IMG/VR virus record: IMGVR_UViG_2713897041_000002
Coordinates: 5,992-69,991 of that record
Strand: one strand, 5' to 3'
DNA length: 64,000 nt
Origin: a virus
Below, piece by piece: positions 38,545 to 47,938 of this stretch; the stretch's first letter is position 1; the number at the start of each line of letters is the position of its first letter. The position numbers and the translations under genes were made by a program. The notes under the pieces are model-generated. The model had not been told where the DNA came from and ran no database searches. It saw only the letters and a list, made by a program, of their open reading frames with translations.

Positions 38545-38829
38545 TCACGCAGGCTGGTGCTCCTTCAGCCACTCGCGCAACGCATCATTCATGCGCGTCT
38601 GCCAACCTTCGCCCGTCGCTTTGAAGGCGTCGACAATGTCGACGTCATAGCGCACGGTCAATTGCACCTTGGGCGCTTCGAGCGGCGGACGACCACGCTT
38701 GCCTCGCCGCGTCATCTTCGCGAAGTCTTCCGCCGGCACTTCGAACGTGTCGGGATCGGCCGCGATGCCGCGGTTGATTGCCGCGTCTTCCTCGTCCGTC
38801 GGCATGACGATCTTACGCTTGCTCGACAT
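38545..38829 (-). CDS. brnA: BrnA-family antitoxin
   Basis: KRGRPP...VRYDVDIVDAFKATGEGWQTRMNDALREWL matches the BrnA antitoxin family. Confidence 0.7.
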   Translation of the reverse strand: MSSKRKIVMPTDEEDAAINRGIAADPDTFEVPAEDFAKMTRRGKRGRPPLEAPKVQLTVRYDVDIVDAFKATGEGWQTRMNDALREWLKEHQPA

Positions 38830-39083
38830 AGCTCTTGGCCTCCCGCTTGTTCGCCTTACGCATGCTGATGATGTGCATCGAGTCGCCGCGCTGCGTGAAC
38901 ACCACGCAATAGAGGCGATCGCCGATCACACCGAACCCGACTTCGCGCACTTCACTGTAGTCGCGTCGGTCGTCCACGTAGGACAACACGTCCTGACCAG
39001 TCGAGTTGCGCTGCAAGCGCCAACGACACTCCATGCTTGGCAATGTTCGTTTCGTTCTTGGTCGGGTCAAAGGTGATGTCCAT
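38813..39083 (-). pseudogene. brnT: BrnT-family toxin disrupted by a frameshift
   Basis: ATG at 39083 encodes a canonical BrnT N-terminus, MDITFDPTKNETNIAKHGVSLALAAQLDW, which then terminates after 14 more codons. The conserved C-terminus (...YVDDRRDYSEVREVGFGVIGDRLYCVVFTQRGDSMHIISMRKANKRE) is in the +1 frame (track ORF 38813-39070). The break is at ~39000 (CTGGTCAGG). Confidence 0.5.
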
Positions 39084-39132
39084 GCAAATTATTGTAGCTA
39101 CGATAAATGTTCAATGCAAGGGATATTTGTAG

Positions 39133-39576
39133 CTACAGTAATTCGGGACACTTCAGCAGGCCGCGACGTTTCAGCGGCCCAAGAATCGACCACTTCGCCT
39201 GCTGATACGTCGCATGCGCGTCCAGCAAAGCGGACCGGCGAGGATTGAGCCAGACGCGCGCACCGCATTCCCGGTTCATCTCGCTAACGCGCTTCGCCTT
39301 CATGTGCTGCTGAATCGCTGCGCGCTCCTGCCATGCCAATGCATCGACGCAGACGTCAACCAGTTCCGCGCGCCGCTTTGCCGCCTTCCGATCGGCCTTC
39401 TCTGCTCGTTCCTCCGCCGTTTCGGTCCGGTCGTCTTCGGCGAAGCCTCGGCACGTGGCGGCGACCCTTCCATGTCCGAGGTTCGGTGTGTATCCCGATT
39501 GCCAGTCGTACCACTCGTCGAGCAGTTCCTCTATCTGGTTGCTCTCGTCGATCGTCGGTTCGTTTTGCTCGTTCAT
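39133..39576 (-). CDS. Hypothetical phage protein
   Basis: 147-aa acidic ORF upstream of the TA modules. No family recognised. Confidence 0.4.
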   Translation of the reverse strand: MNEQNEPTIDESNQIEELLDEWYDWQSGYTPNLGHGRVAATCRGFAEDDRTETAEERAEKADRKAAKRRAELVDVCVDALAWQERAAIQQHMKAKRVSEMNRECGARVWLNPRRSALLDAHATYQQAKWSILGPLKRRGLLKCPELL

Positions 39577-39833
39577 GGCAGGACTCGAAACGGGATTCCC
39601 CAGTACATCAGCCAGTTAATCAGGACAGTGCGTATCTCCTCGCTGCGTGGAAACCGCATCTCGATTTGGCCGCCCTTGAGTTCGACGCCTTCGAGCGGAC
39701 AGCCCGGAAACGCGATGACGCGGCGACCCGTGCTTGCTTCGTTGCGACGCACCGCCATCTTTGCCACGGGCTCCGCAATCTCGCCCTGGTCGAAGTAGAG
39801 ATAGGCGCTCACGACATCCCCCGCACGTCCCAT
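39573..39833 (-). CDS. Hypothetical protein
   Basis: 86-aa ORF coupled to its neighbours. Confidence 0.3.
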   Translation of the reverse strand: MGRAGDVVSAYLYFDQGEIAEPVAKMAVRRNEASTGRRVIAFPGCPLEGVELKGGQIEMRFPRSEEIRTVLINWLMYWGIPFRVLP

Positions 39834-40141
39834 GCATCATCACCACTCTTGATGAACGCGCCGAGCACACGCGAGCTCCGGTTTCGATACGCGTATGCCT
39901 TCGTCCGGAAAACGCCCGGCTCCACCCAACGGCCATCGCACTGTGGGATACGCGATCGGTGCATTTCGGGAATAAACGCATCCACCTCGACGGCCGTGAC
40001 CAACTGGCGCTTAACGGTGGCGATTCGAGCGATTCGAAATACTGTCGCGTCGATCTCGCGCTTCCGCTCACAGACGATAATTCCGCCACGTCCGCGATGT
40101 CTCGGCACGCTATACGAACCGTCCGGAATCTCAACCCACAT
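39809..40141 (-). CDS. Hypothetical protein
   Basis: MWVEIPDGSYSVPRHRGRGGIIVCER...; start chosen at the internal Met to avoid overlap. Confidence 0.3.
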   Translation of the reverse strand: MWVEIPDGSYSVPRHRGRGGIIVCERKREIDATVFRIARIATVKRQLVTAVEVDAFIPEMHRSRIPQCDGRWVEPGVFRTKAYAYRNRSSRVLGAFIKSGDDAWDVRGMS

Positions 40142-40143
40142 CC

Positions 40144-40569
40144 TCACTGGCAATTTGCTTCTCCCATCTTTCGAGCCCGTACCGGCTCCCATTCCTCATA
40201 TGCCCGATCCCACACATCGAACTTGGCCTGCTTCGGCGTGCCGACCCGGTTCTGATCGATCCACGCGTGACACGCGACGCAACCGGGAACCGTAAATTCG
40301 TTTCTCGCCTTCATCGCCCCGGCCTTCCCGTGGCGCGATTGGTTCGAGTGGCACGGCACAACGGTTTCGTCGAGCGGGTTAAGACGGCACACACCCGGCA
40401 CACGCAGAAAGCACGGTTCGCCGCGGCACGCCGCCAAATACTTCGAACCCTCGGCGACGGTCGGCCGCTTGATCCGCTTCACGATCGCCTTCTGACGCTT
40501 CAGCGTCGCCGTTCGCGTCAGGCTGCTGAACGGCGAATGCGGCTTTCGTTTGAATCCCGTTCGCTTCAT
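40144..40569 (-). CDS. Putative zinc-binding phage protein (NinG/DUF1364-like)
   Basis: MKRTGFKRKPHSPF...CRGEPCFLRVPGVCRLNPLDETVVPCH...GCVACHAWIDQ. Cys/His-rich C-terminal motifs resemble Nin-region recombination/nuclease proteins; family not certain. Confidence 0.4.
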   Translation of the reverse strand: MKRTGFKRKPHSPFSSLTRTATLKRQKAIVKRIKRPTVAEGSKYLAACRGEPCFLRVPGVCRLNPLDETVVPCHSNQSRHGKAGAMKARNEFTVPGCVACHAWIDQNRVGTPKQAKFDVWDRAYEEWEPVRARKMGEANCQ

Positions 40570-40583
40570 TGGCGCTGATCGCT

Positions 40584-40931
40584 TCACGACTCGACCTTCC
40601 AGCCAAACTTCGATGCGACATAGGCGCGCATAGCAGCGATGAGCGGCGTTGCGCCAGTTCCATCTGGCGCATCCGTCTCGTAACAACTCCCCCTCGTCCA
40701 CGCGCCCCACTCCCTGCCGTAGCCGTAGAGATTTATGCTGATCCTCTCGCGCTCAATGACCCGACCACCAATCGCCCAGTCCGTCGACGGCGACCACGGT
40801 TCATATTCGATCCATTCGTGTGACGTCTCCCGACCTTGCATGCACCGACCGCCGAGGATCGTCGGATGCCAACCAGCCGCACGGCCGACCCAATAGTCGA
40901 GTTGAGCGCCTTGTAGTTCGCTGACCTTCAT
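40584..40931 (-). CDS. DUF2591-like phage protein (NinX-like)
   Basis: MKVSELQGAQLDYWVGRAAGW... is an N-terminus typical of DUF2591. Confidence 0.5.
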   Translation of the reverse strand: MKVSELQGAQLDYWVGRAAGWHPTILGGRCMQGRETSHEWIEYEPWSPSTDWAIGGRVIERERISINLYGYGREWGAWTRGSCYETDAPDGTGATPLIAAMRAYVASKFGWKVES

Positions 40932-41605
40932 GCGATTCCCCTTGCCCGCCGCACCATTTCGCCGATAACGAATGTAGCGAGCTGAATCGAACGTTCGCGC
41001 GCACTGCGCTGCTCGGCGACGCGGATCTGCTCACGATCGCGCCACGAGAGAATGACCTCCGGAAACGGTTTCCCCGTCCATCGATAGCCGTATGGCCGCC
41101 GGCGTCCGACCTTCCGCAGATAGCCGTGCTCGACCAGCCGCGGCGTGCCCTTCACGTCCTCGACGACTTGCTTTCCGTCCCGCGTGTAGACGAAGTCGGC
41201 GATGTAACGCAGCGCCGGGCGCTTCCGACTTGCGATGACCACACCGGGTGCGAGCTCGAAGACGACCTGACGCCGAAGACCGCTGATCAGCCCGACGTCT
41301 TGTTGCTTGATCAACTCGAACCATCGCGACCGCTCGCGCTTGCTGTCGAACCTGATGCCGTCGTGCTCGCACTTCGTGTTGCGGTACTTCGAGCGCTTCG
41401 CCGTCATTACCGGCGTGAAGAGTGGCCGGTCGAGGTCGCCGGATGCGATTTCGTCGAATTCGGAGTTCGGCTGCTTGCCCGTGCGGCGCGCCAGCTCGCG
41501 CTCGGCGAAGCTGCGACCGATAGTTCGGTCGTCGCGCACGCGTGCCGTGCCAACCATCGCCGTACCCTCGGGAACGACGAGCGGCCATGAAGCGCGCTTC
41601 GTCAC
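40928..41605 (-). CDS. DUF1064-domain protein (PD-(D/E)xK-like fold)
   Basis: MTAKRSKYRNTKCEHDGIRFDSKRERSRWFELIKQQDVGLISGLRRQVVFEL matches the DUF1064 core, with an N-terminal extension. Confidence 0.5.
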   Translation of the reverse strand: MTKRASWPLVVPEGTAMVGTARVRDDRTIGRSFAERELARRTGKQPNSEFDEIASGDLDRPLFTPVMTAKRSKYRNTKCEHDGIRFDSKRERSRWFELIKQQDVGLISGLRRQVVFELAPGVVIASRKRPALRYIADFVYTRDGKQVVEDVKGTPRLVEHGYLRKVGRRRPYGYRWTGKPFPEVILSWRDREQIRVAEQRSARERSIQLATFVIGEMVRRARGIA

Positions 41606-42594
41606 GTCGCCTCCTGATCGCGCGGGATGTCGTTGAAGTACCGGTACAACTGCTCGTAGGTCTCATTCCCAAAGCGACCAGCCTCGCGAAGCATTTCCTC
41701 CATCGCCTCGCCGGGCCCGTCCGCCTTGACGACGCGCGCCTTAAAACGCATGAACACTTCGCCCTCGCGCTGCTCGATGCCGAGTTGCTTACCGCGGTCA
41801 GTGACACCCTGCGCGCTCTTGTGCCAGTCGGCAGGAACGTCCTGTCCGCTCGTCGCCGTGCTGTCTGACTTCACCGGGAACAGCCCCGTCCAGCCGCGCA
41901 GCACCGCTTCGTCGATGCAGTCCGCCGGGGCATGCCCAAGCTCTCTCAGCTTCTCGAGGCGGCGCAGCGACACCTTCGCCGCCGGGCGTGTCCACGGCGC
42001 CGACTTCTCCGCCGCTTTCGCCTCGCGGTGCTCGCACCAGTCGAGCCACGCGTCGACGGACAACCAGTCGGGCAGCTCGATTGATCGCAGTTCGCCATGC
42101 AACGCAACTCGCGGCGCACGCCGCGCGGGTTGATGGTTCTCTGATGGTTCTATGACGGTTCCTGATGATTCGGGTGCAAAAGCTTTGCACCCTTTAGTGC
42201 TGTGATTTGCACCCTTTATGTCGCCAGTTGCACCCTTTACGTCGTCGTTTGCACCCTTTCCATTGGGTGCATTTTTTGCACCCTTTGAACCCGACGAAAT
42301 GGGCGCAAGTTCTGCACCGTTTATCCAGTCCGAATTGATTCGGTATTCGCGCGTATTCCCACGCCCGCCCTTCGACTCGCTCACGAGAATTAGCCAGCCC
42401 GACTGCTGCATCCGGCGAAGCTGGTACTGCACTGCACGCGGCGATTGGCGCGTCTTCGCAGCCAACTTGTCGACGCTCGGATAGATGTGCGTCCCGTCAT
42501 CGTGCGAATGGTCCGCAAGTGCCAGCGCGAGAATCATCTCGCCGCCGCCTTCCGGATAGCGCTCGAACACCGCGTTCATAACCTTGACGCTCAT
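41602..42594 (-). CDS. Replication initiation protein (lambda O-like / HTH_36 N-terminal domain)
   Basis: MSVKVMNAVFERYPEGGGEMILALALADHSHDDGTHIYPSVDKLAAKTRQSPRAVQYQLRRMQQSGWL is the phage replication-initiator HTH. The gene contains an iteron array. Confidence 0.7.
   Translation of the reverse strand: MSVKVMNAVFERYPEGGGEMILALALADHSHDDGTHIYPSVDKLAAKTRQSPRAVQYQLRRMQQSGWLILVSESKGGRGNTREYRINSDWINGAELAPISSGSKGAKNAPNGKGANDDVKGATGDIKGANHSTKGCKAFAPESSGTVIEPSENHQPARRAPRVALHGELRSIELPDWLSVDAWLDWCEHREAKAAEKSAPWTRPAAKVSLRRLEKLRELGHAPADCIDEAVLRGWTGLFPVKSDSTATSGQDVPADWHKSAQGVTDRGKQLGIEQREGEVFMRFKARVVKADGPGEAMEEMLREAGRFGNETYEQLYRYFNDIPRDQEAT
42130..42330. repeat. Intragenic origin-like iterons: 6 direct TGCACC(C/G)TTT repeats (plus 2 inverted GGGTGCA) and 4 tandem TGATGGTTC-like repeats
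   Basis: TGCACCCTTT starts at 42186, 42208, 42229, 42250, 42277 and 42313 (TGCACCGTTT), with 21-22 bp spacing for the first four. Inverted copies at 42172 and 42265. TGATGGTTC-type 10-11 bp repeats at 42130-42172. All lie inside the replication-protein coding region, like lambda ori within O. Confidence 0.65.
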
Positions 42595-42747
42595 AGGCTC
42601 CTCAGTGCCCGCACGGCAACGCGCCGTGAGCGTCAGTCTTTGCGCCACATGACAGACACGTACGCGTGGCCGCTGCGCGAGCTGTCACCGCAACGGGCGT
42701 CACTTCGCCAGCGCGCGCCGGAACGGGCTCTTTGATGTCGGTCGGAG

Positions 42748-43008
42748 TCAAGACGCTCTCCCGAGAGTCAAGCGATAGGCGCTCGGGTGACCGGGCCGGC
42801 GCGTAATGCGCAGCGCACCGGCCTCCTCCAACGTGCGAAGGGTCGACGACACGGTCACGCGCGTCACGCCCGCGAATTCCGCAATGGCGTCGATCGACGG
42901 ATCGCAATTCCCCTGCTCGTCGGCCAACCGCGCCAGAAAGATCAGGATCACCTTGGCCGTCGGCGGGAACTGCTCGCGCATAGCGCGGTTGAGGTGCTCG
43001 AAACTCAT
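42748..43008 (-). CDS. Winged-helix/HTH DNA-binding protein
   Basis: IFLARLADEQGNCDPSIDAIAEFAGVTRVTVSSTLRTLEEAGAL is MarR/HTH-like. 86 aa. Confidence 0.45.
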   Translation of the reverse strand: MSFEHLNRAMREQFPPTAKVILIFLARLADEQGNCDPSIDAIAEFAGVTRVTVSSTLRTLEEAGALRITRRPGHPSAYRLTLGRAS

Positions 43009-43826
43009 TCGGCGGCCTCCTGTGCGCTTTCCGCGTCGTCAATACCGAGCACCCATCGCAGCGCCGCCAAGCGCTCGCCCGTCGCCTCCGCGAGCGCCGC
43101 CTCGATCTGCTTACGCGGACGTACGCGTGCCACCGTACCGCCGAGCACGGCCTTCTGCGCACGCGAGCGCGCGTGCCCTTCCTTGCCGTCAGCGGCATCG
43201 ATCAACGCCTGAACCTTCGCGCGTTGCTCGTCGGGCGACAGCTTCGCAAGCTTCAGCGCGTGCGACACAGTGATCTGTTCCGCCTCAACAGCGTCACGCA
43301 CCGCCATGCAGCAGTCGAGCAGCTTCAAAGCAGAGCGCACGGTCGGCACCTCGACACCGAACGCGACGGCGATAGCATCCTCGGTGTGGCCGACGTCGAG
43401 CATGCGAGCCATCTTCTCGGCCCGGTTGATCGGCGAGTCCTCTTCGCGGATCTCGTTCGTGCTGACCATCATTCCGACAAACGACTTGTCGCTGTCGCGC
43501 ATGACGCGCTTCGGGATCGCCGGAATCGTGATCGGCTCTTCGCCCGCCTCGATCAGTTGACGGTTCAGCTCGCGCGCGTTGATCACGCGGCGACGGCCGT
43601 CGATCACGAGGTTCTCGCCTGTCTCCGGGTCTTTGTAGAAGAGCACCGGCTCAAGCACGCCCTGCGCGCGGTAGTTCCGAACCGTCTTCGGGTTCGGCGC
43701 CTGATGTACGCGCCGGTCGTACAGCGGGTGCTTCGGGTCCGTGACGAGCGTCAGCTTGTCGGGGTCCATCGAAAGGACGTTGCCCTTGCCCGATGCCCCG
43801 TAGACGTCGATTGAGTTTTTGGCCAT
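43005..43826 (-). CDS. ParB-like nuclease domain protein
   Basis: LVIDGRRRVINA is the ParB/Srx GxRR motif. 273 aa. Confidence 0.75.
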   Translation of the reverse strand: MAKNSIDVYGASGKGNVLSMDPDKLTLVTDPKHPLYDRRVHQAPNPKTVRNYRAQGVLEPVLFYKDPETGENLVIDGRRRVINARELNRQLIEAGEEPITIPAIPKRVMRDSDKSFVGMMVSTNEIREEDSPINRAEKMARMLDVGHTEDAIAVAFGVEVPTVRSALKLLDCCMAVRDAVEAEQITVSHALKLAKLSPDEQRAKVQALIDAADGKEGHARSRAQKAVLGGTVARVRPRKQIEAALAEATGERLAALRWVLGIDDAESAQEAAE

Positions 43827-43860
43827 CAGTGGCTCCTATTGAGATAGTTTGTGAATGGAG

Positions 43861-44823
43861 CTATTCGCAAAGCCCGTATGCGGACGAGCACGTCGTCGCA
43901 GGTTCGGCGTCCGCGAGAAGGTCGTATTGCCGACCGCCACGAGTCGTCTTCGACCACTCGACGACTTGCCAGATGTTTCCTCGCTCCCGCGCCGTGTCCG
44001 TCTCGCCTGGGGCCGGGAAGAAGGTGGAGTTGCCACGCTTCGACGCATCCGAAACGATGCCTTCCCACTCGGCGATCATCTCGATGTGGTCGCGGTCACG
44101 CATATCCCATTGCCGGATCTCGTCTTTACCAGCATTGATGCAGAGGCAACCGACGCGCTTGCGGCCTTGCAGGTAGAGCGGGTTCGGTCTGATACCGGCT
44201 ACGCGGTGCGCTTCGAATATGGATTCGGCCGTCCAGCGCAACACCGGCCGATAGATGAACAGCCCCCCGCCGACCTCTTCAAACGATCGGACGCATGCCC
44301 CTGTGCCCTGCAGGCGGTTGCGGCGCGCCTCGCTCTCCTCGATGCGGACACCTTGCCAAGACCACACAGCAACACCCGCCTCATCGATCAGGTTCAGCGC
44401 GTACTCATTCAGAGGCTCAGTCTTGAGGAAGTACGTGCAGAACTGAGCCATGCGGCTCGGGAAGCGCCCCTTGATGATGCAAAGGTCGAGGAAGGGGATG
44501 CCGGTCGGCCCACGCTCGAACACGGCTAAGGCGCGCAGGACGACGTTCTCAGGAACACCCTTCTCCGGCCACTTGTCGCGAACGTAGTCGCGCCGATGCC
44601 ACCACTCGGGAGTGAAGTCACGCTTGAGACGCGCCACCGGGATCGACAGGACGTCTTCGAGATAGTCGACATACTCGTAGGTAAGACGGTGCTCGTTGCC
44701 TGTATCCGCCATTGCGACACGGACGTTCTCGTGTCCGTGCAGCTCGAGCGCGACGAGCAGCGTCGCGGTACTGTCCTTGCCGCCGGACAGAGAAACGACG
44801 TGGAGGGTTGGGCGCTCGCTCAC
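43861..44823 (-). CDS. Phosphoadenosine-phosphosulfate-reductase-family (PP-loop ATP pyrophosphatase) protein
   Basis: [10 protein letters not shown] is a PP-loop motif (SGGxDS). 320 aa. Confidence 0.8.
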   Translation of the reverse strand: MSERPTLHVVSLSGGKDSTATLLVALELHGHENVRVAMADTGNEHRLTYEYVDYLEDVLSIPVARLKRDFTPEWWHRRDYVRDKWPEKGVPENVVLRALAVFERGPTGIPFLDLCIIKGRFPSRMAQFCTYFLKTEPLNEYALNLIDEAGVAVWSWQGVRIEESEARRNRLQGTGACVRSFEEVGGGLFIYRPVLRWTAESIFEAHRVAGIRPNPLYLQGRKRVGCLCINAGKDEIRQWDMRDRDHIEMIAEWEGIVSDASKRGNSTFFPAPGETDTARERGNIWQVVEWSKTTRGGRQYDLLADAEPATTCSSAYGLCE

Positions 44824-45821
44824 ATGACCTCCAAAACGAATCCCGGCTGCCGCAGACGATCGCGTTGCAGCGGCTCATAGTCCGGGTTGAGTTCGCAGCC
44901 GATGAAACGGCGGCCGAGGCGCTGCGCTACTTGTCCGGTCGTGCCGCTGCCGAAGAACGGATCGAAGACGACATCGCCCGACCGGCTACCGGCGAGCACA
45001 CAGGGTTCGACGAGTTCCTCCGGGAAGGTCGCGAAGTGAGCGCCCTTATATGGCTTCGTGGCGATCGTCCAGACCGAGCGTTTGTTCGCGCCCGCGATCT
45101 CGCCATCAGCCGTAAGTTTGGGTTGCCGCTCCTTGACAGTGCGCCCCCAGTTGTCGGACTTCACGGCACCGAGACTGTCGTTGCCCTGCGCGCGATGCTT
45201 CGTGCCGAACGTGGTGAACGTCTTTTCAGCCAGAGGCTCGCGGATTGCGTCCTGATCGTAGTAGTAGCGCTCACTCTTGCTCAGCAGGAACAGATATTCG
45301 TGTGCCTTAGTGCAGCGGTCGCGCACGCTCTCGGGCATCGGGTTCGGCTTGTGCCAGATGATGTCCTGTCGGAGATACCAGCCGGCATCCTGCAATGCAA
45401 ACGCAAGACGCCACGGCTGGCCCATCAGATCCTTGACCTTCAGACCGTCGATGCCCGCTTTCCTGTTGCTCAGGCAGATGTTCTCCTTAGCGCGAGCGCG
45501 CCCGGCAAACGTCTCTCCGCGCATCGGCGTCTGTCCGCCCGATGAGGCATAGGCATCGCCCATGTTCAGCCAGAGCGTCCCGTCGTCCACGAGCAGTTGG
45601 CGGCAGAGCTCGAACACGCCGACGAGCGTGTCGATGAACTCGCGCAGTGTCGGCTCGCTGCCGATCTCCCTGCCCTTGTCGGGATGTCCGCCAGGCAGAT
45701 ACGAGCGACGGCCCCAGTACGGCGGCGACGTCACGATCGTCTGCACACGCACGCCGTCGGCGATCATCGCGCGCATCAGGTCACGGCAGTCTCCGCGGTG
45801 GGATTGATCGAGCCAGTTCAT
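44820..45821 (-). CDS. DNA N4-cytosine/N6-adenine methyltransferase (beta-class, SPPY motif)
   Basis: IVTSPPYW (motif IV) and [13 protein letters not shown] (motif I, FxGxG) in permuted beta-class order. Confidence 0.8.
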   Translation of the reverse strand: MNWLDQSHRGDCRDLMRAMIADGVRVQTIVTSPPYWGRRSYLPGGHPDKGREIGSEPTLREFIDTLVGVFELCRQLLVDDGTLWLNMGDAYASSGGQTPMRGETFAGRARAKENICLSNRKAGIDGLKVKDLMGQPWRLAFALQDAGWYLRQDIIWHKPNPMPESVRDRCTKAHEYLFLLSKSERYYYDQDAIREPLAEKTFTTFGTKHRAQGNDSLGAVKSDNWGRTVKERQPKLTADGEIAGANKRSVWTIATKPYKGAHFATFPEELVEPCVLAGSRSGDVVFDPFFGSGTTGQVAQRLGRRFIGCELNPDYEPLQRDRLRQPGFVLEVM

Positions 45822-45825
45822 CCGA

Positions 45826-47047
45826 TCACTCCTCGGCACGCTTCGATCCACGCAACCGCCGCTTCCGCGTTGATCGCGTTGCCGTACCCTCGGAGTCGGC
45901 CTTGGCGGCTGCCTTGGTCTTTCCGTGGACGAAGCGCGGCGAGGCGCGCTTGATCGGCGCGCACTCGTCCCATGCGACCGGCAGACCCATCAACCAGCGG
46001 GAATGTGCCGGATTCAACTGGCCTCCACTTTCCATCCCGACACAAGAGCCAGTCAGCAGCTCGCCAGAAGCCGTTAGTCGAGCCGGCATGGGGTTGTCCT
46101 TCAGGAGCGCCGCCGCGCGGTTCAACGTGATGTTCGTCGTCGAGAACTGCGCAGTTGGATTCGGGAGCGCATCCGTTGATGTGGGTGTCGGCCAGCCTGC
46201 GAGCCAGTGGTGTGCCGCTGCGTCCAGGCGCATCCCCTTTTTGCCGCCGCCCCGCTCCGAATACGGTTTCGACGGTGCGCCTTTGAAATCCGTCGACGTA
46301 GGTGTCGGCCATCCCGCGAACTGCGCCACGTGATTCAGGCTCACCGCTACCTTGCGACCGTCCTGCGTCTTGCCCGTCGCGCTCAAGCCCTCGAACGATT
46401 GCGAGCCCTCCGCGTTGCCGACTGTCGGTGTCGGCCAGCCGGCCAGACATGCCGCTGCCGCCAGATCCGGCCCATGATTGCGCATCGCTTCCATCAGCCC
46501 CCTCTCGAACGTGCGCACGCCTTTCTCTGCGAGCGCGGCCGTAGGCGTAGGCCATCCAGTACGCCCGGTCGCGGATGTGCGGAGCACCGACGCCCGCAGA
46601 CGGAAACGGGACACACCCATAGGCGTAGTCCAGCGCTTCCACGTCAGCTTGAACAAGGTCGATCCAAGGGTCGACAGCCGAGCTCGCAACCTGCTCTCCA
46701 AAGACGATTGCAGGGCGGCGCTCGCCGATGAGCCAGTACCACGCAGGCCACAGGTGCCGCTCATCATCAAACCCAAGTCCTTTGCCTGCCGCGGAGAAAG
46801 GTTGGCACGGACAGGAACCCGTCCAAACAGGTCGATCGTCGGGCCATCCGGCGCGACGAAGCGCGTAGGACCAGACGCCGACGCCTGCGAAGAAATGGCA
46901 CTGGGCGTATGGACGAAGGTCGTCGGGATGCACGTCGCGGATGTCGCGTTCGTCGACGTCACCGGGCGCGATGCGGCCTGCCGCAACGAGGTTGCGCAGC
47001 CACTCCGCGGCGACTTGATCGTGCTCGTTGTAGTAGGCGACACTCAA
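45826..47047 (-). CDS. C5-cytosine DNA methyltransferase-like gene split across two overlapping reading frames. GWPTPT-repeat target-recognition region.
   Basis: Frame A (track 45818-47158) has ENV-like [16 protein letters not shown] (motif IV), FFAGVGV (FxGxGG-like) and HIRDRAYWM (motif VIII-like). Frame B (track 45826-47043) has four GWPTPT(A/S/V) repeats and [13 protein letters not shown] (motif X-like). The catalytic and TRD/C-terminal halves are therefore in different frames, with the switch point near 46540-46560. Possible start is the TTG at 47047. Confidence 0.5.
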
Positions 47048-47057
47048 GCGCTCCCCA

Positions 47058-47498
47058 CTACTCGGCCATGCCGCGCAGCCGCGCGGAGATATCGAGAAGC
47101 ACCTGCGCATGCTTGAAGATTCGGTGATCCACGCGCTCGATCTCGTGCCGCTCGACACGGCCGTCTTCGAGCGTCTTCACGATCTCCTGCCCGACGTCGC
47201 CGTGCGTCGACCACGCCTTGCCCATCAGCTCGACGATCGCGGCGTCGCAGCAGTCAACGGCGCTCGGCAATTTCACGAGCGCGTAGCCACGCTCGCCAGC
47301 CCACGCTTCGAGCATCCGATCGTCGTTGGTCACGTCCGTCGCGCGAACCGCGTCAGCAAGCCCGAGGTGATGCGTAGCGTTGTTCGGGTTCACCTTGTTC
47401 CGCAGCACCGCCGCCGACATACCGAGACGCGGCGCGAGCGACTCACTGCCGCCCGGGTAATCGTGAACAACCGCGTATGCGGCGTCGATGATGTTCAT
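47058..47498 (-). CDS. CII-like phage regulatory protein
   Basis: MNIIDAAYAVVHDYPGGSESLAPRLGMSAAVLRNKVNPNNATHHLGLADAV resembles the phage CII family N-terminus. Lambda cII position (downstream of cro, upstream of replication). Confidence 0.5.
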   Translation of the reverse strand: MNIIDAAYAVVHDYPGGSESLAPRLGMSAAVLRNKVNPNNATHHLGLADAVRATDVTNDDRMLEAWAGERGYALVKLPSAVDCCDAAIVELMGKAWSTHGDVGQEIVKTLEDGRVERHEIERVDHRIFKHAQVLLDISARLRGMAE

Positions 47499-47683
47499 TC
47501 AATCCTCATCTGAACGTTGTTTGTCGCGGTAAGGACTACTAAAGTGTGTCCCTATGGTGCGAACGAAAATTCAATTTCCTCAACCGCGCCATGCAGGCGC
47601 GATCTACTGCATTGGGCGAGGGTCCCGAGCTTTCGTCTTAGAATTGGCAGCTCTCACACAACCATTTCCATACGGGGACCCCC

Positions 47684-47938
47684 ATGAAGGATCTAAAAGA
47701 CGTGGCTGACCGGATCTGCGAACTGAAGGGCGAAAACATGGCGCTTCTTGCAGTCGTTGACGCTCTACTTCGGTCGATGTCCAAAGATCAACTCAATCGG
47801 TTCATCACGGAGCACACTCAAGCACTTGAGGTGGCTCGTGTGACATTGCTCAACAGCGAACGGGCCGGCGATGGCGTCCTGTCGTCGTTTGAACGGTATT
47901 CCGAAGGCTTCTCCAACTTGGCCCAGTCGATCCGATAG
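47684..47938 (+). CDS. Hypothetical protein
   Basis: 84-aa ORF with an ATG start, opposite strand to its neighbours. Confidence 0.3.
   Translation: MKDLKDVADRICELKGENMALLAVVDALLRSMSKDQLNRFITEHTQALEVARVTLLNSERAGDGVLSSFERYSEGFSNLAQSIR

Noticed and set aside
43173-43814. 213-aa + strand ORF antisense to the ParB-like gene; similarly 21207-22154 + antisense to gpL/fibre and 13303-14085 + antisense to the lipoprotein
   Set aside because: Arg-rich artefacts opposite to better-supported genes.
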